From the NCBI GenBank assembly GCA_964057225.1, contig OZ059896.1:11160001-11224000 (forward strand): 64,000 nucleotides of DNA, read 5' to 3'. Under the pieces are notes generated by a model. It was not told where the DNA came from. It did no database searches and saw only the letters and a program-made list of their open reading frames with translations. The stretch comes from Auanema rhodensis (Eukaryota > Animalia > Nematoda). The position numbers and the translations under genes are program-made. Shown piece after piece: positions 26,145 to 37,900 of this stretch (positions are counted from its first letter, which is position 1; every line of letters begins with the position of its first letter).

Positions 26145-27510
26145 TGTCTGCAAATGACTGGGGGCGTGGCCTAGTTCATCGATCGCGGTTGTGCTCTCTC
26201 TTTCTCTCCCCTTTCCCTCTCTCGTTCTCCCTCTGTCTTTTTTCCTTTCTTCATATATTCTGTTTCTCTTTCAATTGCCATTTCTCTCCTTTTCTTCGTT
26301 TTCCGAAAAAAATGTGAGTCAAATGAAAAAAGCTCGGAGAACATAATAGATTCTTCTTAATATTTTTGATATTTTGAATTGCAGAACTAAGCCACCCGCA
26401 TTCTAGTTCTTTCCATCATATATGAAAAAGTTAAATTGAGATCATTAAATTTTAGAGGTCAATTGGTTACTCTGAGAGAGAATCGCAAGAGATCGAAAAG
26501 TTTGGCAACTGTTAAATTTTGCAACGGGATTTTTGAAAAACGAGCAATTGCCCACTATCGCTTAATGTTTCTTCAACAAAAAAGCTTCTAAATTTAGTCA
26601 GTGACGACATATTCTCCGTTAATATTTCGATGTGTAAACATAAGAGGGAAATTCAAGTATTTCAAAGAACAGAAAACCTGTGTGAAACAAAATTATTATT
26701 TCGTAATTCATTCCTTAAATTAGTATGAAGCGTGGAAACAAATGGGTTTTGAACTCTTATCTTAATATTATCCAAATATATTTTTTCTCAAATCAATTAA
26801 ATTTCAGTGGAAACTGGACATTTCTCAATAAGTTGGATGAACACCTATGCATTTCCATTTTATTTTATTATTTTGTTTTATCAGAGAACCAATGTGATTT
26901 CGACATGATAACATGTAGTTTGATAACAGTAATAATCCATTTCTTAATGAAAATACAGTTATGCATAATACTTCAAAACGGTACCTCATGTGATTTCTAC
27001 CAAACATGTTTAAACAGTTTAAAGCACACAAAAATGCTTGTGTAAGGAAAAATAAATAAAATTCAGTTGTAGAAAAAATAAATAACTGTGTTTGCTGAAA
27101 AAGTAAGCGGTTCCTCCTTCGTGCTTAGTAAAAGGATCACACACTGACCATTTTATCAATTTTCCACAGCTTGGTCTTACTAGTTCTCATCTAACGTAAT
27201 TTTCTTTGTTTTCTTATCACTACCATCTTGATTGAGGGGGAGAAAGGTTCTTGGCCTATAGAGTTCATATAGATCACGGTAAAAGTACTATGATCCATGT
27301 TTGTTTGTGATCACTATTTTTCTGGAATTTTCTTTGTAGTAAAACAAAGAAACGTTAGCTTCCCAGTAATATAAGAGTATCGTCGATTTGCTCAAAGAAA
27401 TTTTCAAATATTTAACTTGAAAAAAACATATATATATGTATATATATAATTTAACATGTTTATTAAAATGGTCCTGCCGGATATGAAACGAACTGGGATT
27501 GGGAAAACGT

Positions 27511-30479
27511 TTAGATTGGTGAACGTTTCTGAAAATAAAAATAAGTTAAAGTACTCCAAGATAATGATACCGAGAGATCATCGAGCATTCGGCGAGTATT
27601 TGCTATTTTTTGCATCATCAATTCATAACAATAACTATTAAATTCTAAAGATAAAAAAATAAAAAATTAGTTAGATATTCATAACTACTCAAACCTTCTT
27701 CTTCATTGGCTATTGTAGATTGAGCTGTGGCATTTAGTTGTGACATATCAGCGTCCGAACTCTTCACAGCATTATCACACTAAACAAATTCAAGAAAAAC
27801 TAATTAAAATGCAGTATGTTATTACTTCTTTGGTATCAGTAGGGCTTAAGCAAAAGGGAACTGGATCTTGCTTCGGTGAGGAATCATTTAAAATTAAAGA
27901 ATTGCCTTCTTTATAAGGGCTTTCTAAGGCGCTAGCAAACGAATGGTTAGCAATAGTCGTAGCTTCAGATTGGAGCGAATGAAACGATGTGTCATCAAGA
28001 GACTAAAATGAAAATTGATATTAAAAGACTGATTATGATTACCTGCATAGAATCATTGCCTTTACTTGAATCGGCCATGGGCGATGAAAATACTGTGGGA
28101 CTGTTCTAAAAATATAATCAATATGTGAACATAATTAGAAAAGCTTTACCGAAAAAGGAATTGTTCTTGAAACACCAGAGCGAGGAGTTAAAATTCTAAT
28201 ATTTCTCTTGAAAATATCCCTCATTATATTTTCTGCAAAAAAAAATGAATCTCATCCGCTGCGAGATTTCTCAAACAAACCTTCTGGACTTTTTCCGTCT
28301 TCTCCAAATATGGCCAAAGTGTCATTCAGGAAACCATCTATAGTATAAACATTATAAACTAAAACTATTTAATAATACCATGTGATGAAACCACAGAATC
28401 ATCCAAGGATATTTTCGGAGTTCGTAAACCAAGTGCAGTTAAATCGTTATCAAGTTCATCAATTTTTTTCCTAATTAGAAGTTTCTCATTGCCACTCGCA
28501 AACTTAAGCCAATGATCATACAGCTAAAATACAACTTATACAAAATCTTGAAAAAAAAACTAACTTTAGATAAATCCTTTTTGGATTCACTGCTTTTACT
28601 AGTCTGAAGTAATTGTTCAGCTTCCAAATATCTCTCAGATGCAATTAGACGGCTGACATTGTACCTTTAAAAAATAGAAATTAAGAAATAAGAAATTTCT
28701 TCAAACTTTAAAAGAATAGCTAAAATTCTGGCTTCTTCTTCTACGTCAATTAGTGCATCAGGCGTTGTAACAACAAAAACATTGTCACTAGACCGAGAAG
28801 GTAAAACGCAACTAAAATATGTAATTTTGAAAAGAAGCGATATACAATATTTACTTAGCGATAGCATCGCCAATCTGCTGCGCATAGAGATCAGTCCAGT
28901 AACTGGGATATTCAGCCCTTCTCATCCACTATATCAACTGAATAAATTAGGAAAAAAAAATTAAAACAACTCTGAATGCAGCAAAAGATAATTTAAGACT
29001 GAATGATTTCGAGCGCAATCGAACAGTTTCCATAATTTTTTGTAATTTCAACAGCACAGAAGGGTTCTTTTGTTTTCTGTAATTCAATTTCCAACAATAA
29101 ACATAAACTTCAAATCCTACCCTTCGAGATAACTAACTAATGCTTGCCACATCTTCACTTGTTCAGCCGTAATAGGGAGGGATTGATATAATAATCTCGA
29201 TGATCGGGGTACTTCTAATCGGCACCATAACATTGTCCAAACGAGAAACAACTATAAAAATTATTATTAAGAATTAAATTAGTTAAAATCTACTTCGGCG
29301 TCCATAGATGTTAGAGAGTGTGAATCAATTTTTTGTAAGTCAAAATTGTCAGGCCTTGGTAAATTTTTAAAAATAACTTTCGTAACAATCACTGAAATAT
29401 AAGAAAAAAGCTTTTCCTTAACTTCTGAAAAAAACTTACAAGGAGTGAAAGGAATTGCAGATTCTTCCGAAGTAGGAGGAAACGATTGCATAAGACTAAG
29501 AATGCGATAAATATCTTTTTCAAAAAGATATGGTGAAATTTCTAAAGAATACATATATTTAAAAATTATATTAAAGACTAACGTTCGGAAAGCGTGCAAA
29601 TATCCCGTACGGATATTCCTGGATTGAAAGATGGAAACTTGGTCAAAGCTGAAGTTAATAAAGTAGTTCGAAGTCTTCGTATAGCACCATCTTCCGGAAT
29701 CAGCTCTTGCACAATTTTATCTGACAGCTGAGAAACAAAATAAGAGAAAACATTAAGATATGACATACATCAGTGCTCTTCCAAACTAATTGAATATTCG
29801 AGAACTCTACAAGTGCTAAAGACATTGTAGACACTGAAAAACACGGAATAAATCAAAGCTATTACTCTACACAGACCCAAGGACATAGAGGCAGAGAATG
29901 CCTTCAGATCATTTACATCTTCTTTGAATGTTTTTCCGCATTGGTAGGAAAGCGAATGCAAAACATGTGAATACACAGTCTAAAATTTGAAACATCTAGA
30001 ATTAATGTAGGTTGCAACATACGGGACCACTTTTCAGGTAAACCAAATATTCTGCACAAGCTTTAAAAAATAACTGCTCAGCCAAAGAAATTAAGGAAGC
30101 TGAAATATTCCAACTCTCATTCAATTGTCGGGAAAGAAGTGTTTGTAGGCTAGAAATAATACATAGCATATTCAAAACAAGGAATCAAACTTTAATATCG
30201 AATCCATGATACTTTTCTTCAAAACGGGAGTACAGCTCATGCCGTTAGTGATAATTTTATCAAGTAAAACAACATACGACAAAAAAGATTCTTCATTATA
30301 AGTACTACAGTCCTTAAATAGGTTGAAATCCGATATATAGTTGAAAATATAATTACCTGATAAGCAGAACACTTTGAGAAGGAAACTTCAGTCCTTGGTG
30401 AAAAAGGCCTAACAGGCTGATTTTCTTTAGAATTTGAAAAAGGAGAATGGAGAAGAATATCGGCGTTAAAAGTGTTCAT
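27511..30479 (-). CDS. Uncharacterised alpha-helical protein (about 650-700 aa); candidate Nup358/RanBP2 N-terminal solenoid-like
   Basis: All exons join in frame through GT-AG introns from MNTFNADILL to ...RMLDDLSKRSPI*. Helical core, S/T-P-rich linker, short C-terminal coiled coil. The gene model is well supported; the RanBP2 similarity is by eye only. Confidence 0.6.
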
Positions 30480-30918
30480 ACTAGAAATAATTGATTGATA
30501 AGCTTCAGAGAATATATCGAATTTATAAATAAGAAACTCTTGAAATTTTCTTTTTTTCAATTTAAATCCTTCAAGGCGCGATAATTGTTAAACGCAGTAA
30601 AGGGTGTAATCCGCGTACAATTTATTATGAAAACGTTCCAACATGAAGTTCAAAATGTAACTTTATGTCATTTTTCATGTACTATGTGAGCATGATATTG
30701 GTGTGGTTACTTAGCGAAAATGTTTTTTCAAATTTATGTAACTATTATATAGGAGCAATTAATGATTAAGAAGTGCATAACACTGTTTTGTAACTATTCA
30801 AATGTAGTTTAATATTATGGCACTATTAATTGGAAATACAATTCATTTCAATAAGTTTACAATTAACAATAAATGTGAATAAGATTCATTCTAAATTTTA
30901 TAATACATATGTTACTAT

Positions 30919-31951
30919 TTATTCAGTTTCAGTCCCGTCTAGTTTGTCATTGATTGCCACCTAAAGATTTTATTCTAAATGTTGCAAGAAATAAAAGAAA
31001 ACCTCATCAACTAAGAGCTCTAGTTTTTTTGCTACACATTCATTGAATCTTGTTGCGTGGTCAGGAGAAACCACGTTCAGTAATTCACGAGCATTTTTAT
31101 AATAATGTGTGTGAAGTTCCACCTAAATTCAACACTGTTTAATTAATTATAAGAATACAAAACCTTTGTGTAATCTCCATACATACAATCGGTATGTGAA
31201 GAAGCTATTCTCCATCCTTTCATGGTTAGTTCAAGGGTAAATGGTTGGCCTTTTGTAATTTTTATAACTTTTGAAACTTTAGTCTGTAATACCTTCTTGT
31301 GTTTTAATATTCACAAATATGAGGTCAGATGTTCGGGGCAGCATTTCAGATACACTTATATCTTGAACCTACATTAAAAATCTGTCAATGTTTTATGAAT
31401 AAGAATAACCTCGTGAGCGATTTCATGAACTGCAGAAATAGCTTCAAGTTCCAATGGCTCACCACTATCACTCATGGTTACTCCGTCGTCTTCATGTCGT
31501 TTTCTGTTGCTCTGAGCGATTTCTTCTAATGATAATGGTGTTCTTAATTATCTTGGCATAGACAATAGAGCAATTTATAGCAAATTACTTGGATGAACTC
31601 ATCTTCGATGATATAACATTTATAGTGAGTTGTTCATCATCCGGAAACAGAAAAGGAGTATCTTGTGTAGGTGATACTGCTCGCGACGTACGATATACCT
31701 GAGCAGCTGCATTCCAACGAGCGGAACTAAAAAATATTGTTAACACTAGTTTATCATGTACTGATTACTCACTCTTGTTGTTTATATAAAGGAGAAACTC
31801 CTAAACTGTCAGCCAATACATTGGCATTTAGTGAATTTGATATAGGTAATGAAGAACAAATGCAAGCATTTGGGGTTTGAATACCCGATACGGGAATACA
31901 AGGTGTTGGTGGAGGAGATTCTGGTTCGTTTTGTTTTACGTTTTGATCCAT
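30919..31951 (-). CDS. GSK3-beta interacting protein (GSKIP / DUF727) with extended N-terminus
   Basis: Spliced LELEAISAVHEIAHEVQDISVSEMLPRTSDLIFVNIKTQEGQPFTLELTMKGWRIASSHTDCM...YYKNARELLNVVSPDHATRFNECVAKKL matches the GSKIP domain pattern. Confidence 0.9.
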
Positions 31952-33269
31952 AAAATCTATAATTTTCTGGATGAAACGGTAATATAAAACAACAAAAGAA
32001 ATATTAACTTACAGAGAAAAGCAAAAAATTTATAAAAAAATTATCCGTGGGACATATTTTATACAAATAAAAAACGTTTTATAATATTTTATGCCAAGTG
32101 ACTAAGTATTATGGGTATTGATTAAATATGATGTAGTTGGAACTAAACCGAGTAAAAATAATATGAGGACAATGAAGACTACTGTTTATGGAGAGAGGCC
32201 AAAGGCTAATATAGCAAAAGATCGAAAAGATAGCTTTTTAATAGGTCAAGAAGTCACAATAAAAAATTTTGTAACAGCTAAGTTATATATATACCTGAGT
32301 GTAAAGCTTCGTGGGAGTAGGGGTTATATATTTTTTCATTTTTGATTGTTTCATTTGTTAGTTTGTATTAAAATACAAAATCGGAATGAAGATAATTGTT
32401 TTGAAAAGAAATGAAAAATATTCATAGCCATCAAACTAGTGACTTATTAAGATTGAAAGTAAACATTCAGTTTCTCAATAAACAAACAGTAGAAACGAGT
32501 CAAGAGAATGCTTGAAGCTTTAGTTTAACATTGGTCCACATTTGCTCGAAGCTTTTCACTCGGTTGCTCTATTGACGACCATGCACATATGCAAAAAAAA
32601 TATAGACATAGAAACTATACATCAGCTATGAAATATGAATCAATGATGTTAATATCATCAAAAACATAAAAATATTTTTTTATATATACAATGACACCGC
32701 ATAGATGTGAATAAAGGTGGCTGATTTATCTAGATTATATTTTTATTATTCAACACGACATGATGAAGGAAACAAGTCAAAGATCTACTTATCTTAAACT
32801 ATATAAACAAAAGTAAGGTTCCTCAGAGAAGTTCAAACTAGTTAGAAGAGACATTTGCGAAATGAAAGTATTTTTTTTGCCTGTTAAAAATATGTTCGAA
32901 TGAAACAGAAGTTGCACTGCAAAGTGTAAAGGTGAGTGTTCCTTAGAATCTTGATTATGAAAGAAATCATCGGTTGGAGGGCTGTTTTCTTCACTATTAA
33001 ACTGAGACAGAGAAAACAGAATCTACCCTTTCATCCTCATCCTTTATTTCTTTCATGTAGACAATAGTCAACATTTTCCTAGTGATATTTTCTATTTGAA
33101 CATGTATGTCTTATTTCTTTATATTATATAAATTATTTGCATTTATAAAAAAATTATAAAATCAAATATTTTATTACTCACTTAACAAGGTAATATTTTA
33201 AAATTAGACAATTTATTGAATAAAGTTACAATAATAAAAGCAATCTTTATATATAAGTTGAAGACAACT

Positions 33270-33621
33270 TTATTTTCTTCCCAAGCCTTTATAGTAAGGA
33301 AAATGTCCCCGTTCGCCGAATCGGGAGAAACGTGGTTTTCCTTCATCCATACTTGATCCTATAAATATTATTTTACTATTTTGAGCATGTCATTACAAAC
33401 ACATTTAATTCATTATTCTACTATATTAAATCTGAAACATACTTAGTGCTCTTCCCATAAAATCGGGTTCTGCCACAAAATAAAGCACAGATCTAATAAA
33501 AATAAATAATTTAATTATATATTTTTCTTTCATACCCATCCGAAACAATATTTGGTTCCTGGTTATCAGAGCTTGCAACCAAGGTGGAGAAAGCAATGAT
33601 GCAGAGTATAGCGGTTAGCAT
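33270..33621 (-). CDS. Small secreted neuropeptide-like precursor (3 exons, 74 aa)
   Basis: MLTAILCIIAFSTLVASSDNQEPNIVSDG|SVLYFVAEPDFMGRAL|RSSMDEGKPRFSRFGERGHFPYYKGLGRK*. Signal peptide, two GTATG-AG introns in matching phase, C-terminal G-R-K amidation signal, acceptor 6 nt before the ATG. Confidence 0.75.
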
Positions 33622-34946
33622 CTTGACCTAAGATATAGCATTAATTAGGAAATTCGGAGGAAGAAAAGAAAGAAATTAGAGAATTCTTATAAGAACTGAA
33701 ATTATCTAGCATGAAATAAGACAATTTTTAGTAATAAAATATGAAAAAGGAAGCATGTCAGCTCATCAAGATGTTCTCACATATACCGAGACTAAAAATA
33801 TAAGATTCATTTTGAACATTTTATGAATGAATACATATTAAAAAGATCGAATATATATATATATATATTTATAATGTGCTTTTATTATATGATTATTAAT
33901 TTAATTATTCAGTTAAATATTCTAAATTTGAAATGTTTCAGATTATTGTTAATATTTTAAATCAAAGAATCCAAAGAAGAATCAGAACATTTTTTTTAAT
34001 AAGAGCCATTCGCAAATGAATATTTCTTTTTGAAAATATTTAATTCAATAATATGAGACTATGATGTATGCCGAAATGAACTTTCAGCTTTCTATAAAAT
34101 CAGTACCTACTACTTAAACATTTAAATTATCAAAAATGAAATATTTATATATTGAGGCAAAGTGATTTTCGAACATGTTATGAAATTTCACAAAAAAAAT
34201 GTAAAAAAAACTTTTAAAAAACAAAAGATTTTTAATTTTTTTGTTCGTCAAAAGCTAAGAAAGCATCTAATTTGCTTTGAGAAATAATATGCATACATAT
34301 GTTGATGTTAGAGTAATCAACACTTTCAAATCTGAAAATAAAAATTTAAAAACGTCATGGTTATTTCCCAACCATACTTTTAAATCTTATTCACATACTA
34401 AATTGAAATAAACAATACATCTTTCTGAAAAGTTTAAAAATATTGCTTCAGGCATAAGACTTATATCTCCTGGATAAATCTGAATAATACTCAATTGGAC
34501 GGAAAATATTATGTCTTTTAAAAGATATTCCGGCTAATTTTTTTCATTTTACACACAATATGGGACCGTTGCAAACATCTAACATCAATGTTTGAAACAT
34601 ACACAATATAATCAAAACGCCTTCTTATTATTCTATATATTATATAATTGCCCTTTTTTTTGGCCTTTGTCATCATGACCCCAAATATTCCTGTCATATT
34701 GCCCCTGTTGATAACAAACGGTCATTCCCGCCATTTGATATCAGCAGAACTTCAAAGATTTTCTATACTATATGCAATTTTATAAATAAGCACAAACTAG
34801 ATGTTACTTTCAGATTAAGAAAGTATACATTATGTTGAGCTGAGTAATTTGCATTGCCTATTTTTCTAAATATGTTTATAAACTTATGCTAAAACGTTTA
34901 TCATTTATTTTTAATAATCTCATGTGATCATTTTCTAGAAACTAGA

Positions 34947-37900
34947 ATGTCCGGTTTTGGATTTGCAATTGATCGCGGGGGAACGTTCACAGATGTTTGC
35001 GTTTTTAAGCCTAATGGTACCACAAGAATTCTAAAGGTAGTTGCACTAATAAATAACAAAAAAAAATTAAATATTCTTTTGGAAAAAAAAAGTTAATTGC
35101 CCATTGTTTAGGTATTATCCGAAGACCCTGCTAATTATGTTGACGCTCCTACAGAAGCTATTAGAAAAGTTCTGGAAGAAGAGCTAGGCAAAGTAATTCC
35201 ACGTAATACGCCTATACCTACTGGTAATAACAATTATATTAAAAAAAAACTAAACTCCGTATTAAAGAACATATCAAATGGGTCAGAATGGGAACTACTG
35301 TTGCCACGAACGCCTTATTGGAAAGAAAAGGAGAAAGAATAGCATTGGTTATCACTAAAGGGTTCCGCGACTTATTATCCATTGGAAATCAGAGTCGACC
35401 AAAGATTTTTGAGTTCAATATTCAAATCCCAGAAGTAAAAAATCATAATATAGAAATGGTGTTCAAAAATACATTATATTTATTTATAGATATTGTATGA
35501 AGATGTAGTAGAAGTAGATGAAAGAGTTATACCTTATCAAGAGGATTGCCAACTGTCTGACGAGTTAAAGACTGTACAAACTACAAATGGATTAAAGGTA
35601 CATTTGTCACAAATTACTTTTGATAACATTAAATGTTTGAAGGTTTCTATTCAAAAGGAAATAAATCGTGATGAAGTTCGGAAAAACTTACAAAGTATTC
35701 TGAATAAAGGAATAACTAGCATTGCTGTTGTACTTCTTCATTCATTTATGTGAGTTGAATTTTAAAGACTCTGCGATATACTTGAATTAGAAATACGATG
35801 ATGAAGAACCATATCGTTTTTTAGATATCCAGATCATGAAAAGATTATAGAAGAAATTGCATTTGAATTGGGATTCAAAAACATTTCTTTATCGCATTCA
35901 GTGATGCCTATGATCAAAATTGTTCCCAGAGGTTTCACAGGTAGCAGCTGTGAACTAAGATTGATTTCAAATAAAATATTACAGTAACAGCAGATGCTTA
36001 TTTAACTCCAAAAATTCGAGAATATATAAAAGGCTTCGAGAGCGGATTTGATGGTGGCATTTCAAAAATTCGTGTGGATTTCATGCAATCAGATGGTGGA
36101 CTGTGTAATGTGAATAGGTACGCTTGGTATAAAGAGTTTTATAAAAGAAAAGATTAAAAACAAGAGAATATGAGAATAACCACTAGTAGTATATGGGAAG
36201 ACTTATTGTCTACATGGGCGGAGTCTAGTGTCTTGAGCTTGAGAAAATATGATGATTGAGATTATTCAATGTTTAATCAGCAATGTATTTCCTAACGCAT
36301 AATCTGAATAATTTCTCACATTCATGTACAAGATATTTAACATATATCTTAAATATACATATATCTATAAATTGTATAAAGAAAGGTAGAAGGAAAAAAA
36401 ATGTTTAAGAGGAACGTTTTGAATATTCTCTTTAGTATACATGTAATAAGTAATCAAATATTGCAGTTAATGAATTTCATGATATCGGAAAATTAACTAA
36501 GACTTATATTGAGTATATTAGAATAAATAAATTTTTAAAGAATATAAACTGTGGTCAAGATCATATAATCTTTAATGCTTTATGCAGAATTCTCAAAGTG
36601 ATTTTCAACGGAAGTTGGAAAGAAAAGCAACTTTTAAGTGAAATGACACAAATACAAGAACATTCTGAAAGTTTAGCTCTAGAACTACTTAATAGAGTTA
36701 TAAGGATAACGACCCTGAGATGATAACCAATTCTCAGGGGAAATATAGCAGTATATACACTTAGCTAATCTTTAAGACAACATAAGTTTCAATTGCAATT
36801 TTGAAAACGGTAAATTTTTTTTCTATATTTGGAAAAAGTATAAGTTCAGCAGTGAAATTGGAAAATAAACAGAATAATAAAAATGAAAAAGTTAGTATAA
36901 TTTTACTTAAAAATTAGGAAAACTATATTGAATTCTGGGAAAATTCCTTTTAAAAAAAGTATTAAAGCAATTAATGCTGTCTCCCTATTCATGAAAATAT
37001 ATTTCTTGAATACTAAAACGGATACAGTTTTCAGAGCAAATAGCTTTTCCTTTTAATTTTTTTAAAACGAATTGCCATTAGGTTCATTAATTCATTAATT
37101 GAAGATTTCACGGATCAAAAGCTATTTTGTCTGGTCCAGCCGGTGGAGTTGTGGGTATTTCGAAAACATTGTTTGATAAAAACATGCCGATTATTGGATT
37201 TGATATGGGTGGAACCTCAACCGATGTACGATGATGTTTCAGATATGCTTCAATCTAATATATATTTTTGTTTATTTAGGTTTGTCGATATTATGGTGAA
37301 TTGGAACATGTCATGGAGACAACGACAGCTGGCATAACTATCCAGGCACCTCAGGTAATTGCCAAAAAAACCTTTAACCTGTTTTTCTTTGCTGAATACA
37401 TATTTTTAATTATTAATGATGTATATTCAGTTGGATATCAGTACTGTAGCTGCAGGAGGTGGATCTCGTTTATTTTTCCGCAACGGATATTTTGTTGTGG
37501 GACCAGAAAGTGCTGGAGCTCACCCAGGGCCTGTTTGCTACAAAAAAAATGGGTAACATCGTTGTTTTCAGTTAAAAAGTATTACGAGCAGAAAATCTCA
37601 TTTAGATACTTAACGGTGACAGATGCAAACTTGATTCTTGGACGTATTTTGCCTGAGTATTTCCCAAAAATTTTTGGTCCTAATGCTGATGAGCCATTGA
37701 GTGTGTAAGTCGTAAACTCGTATTCTACACGAAAGGAAATAACATATTCAGAGAATGTACAAAAAAGGAATTTGAGAAACTTACACAAGAGATAAACACA
37801 TATCTGAAGAAAATATCTAATGACTCCAAATTATATACAATTGAAGAAGTTCATAATAGAAAAGAAATTTGATTTTTAAAACTTAAAACTTAAGGTTGCT

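Noticed and set aside
27511-30479. ELYS/MEL-28 assignment for the helical protein
   Set aside because: No N-terminal beta-propeller or AT-hooks seen and the protein is too short; the motif order fits RanBP2 better.
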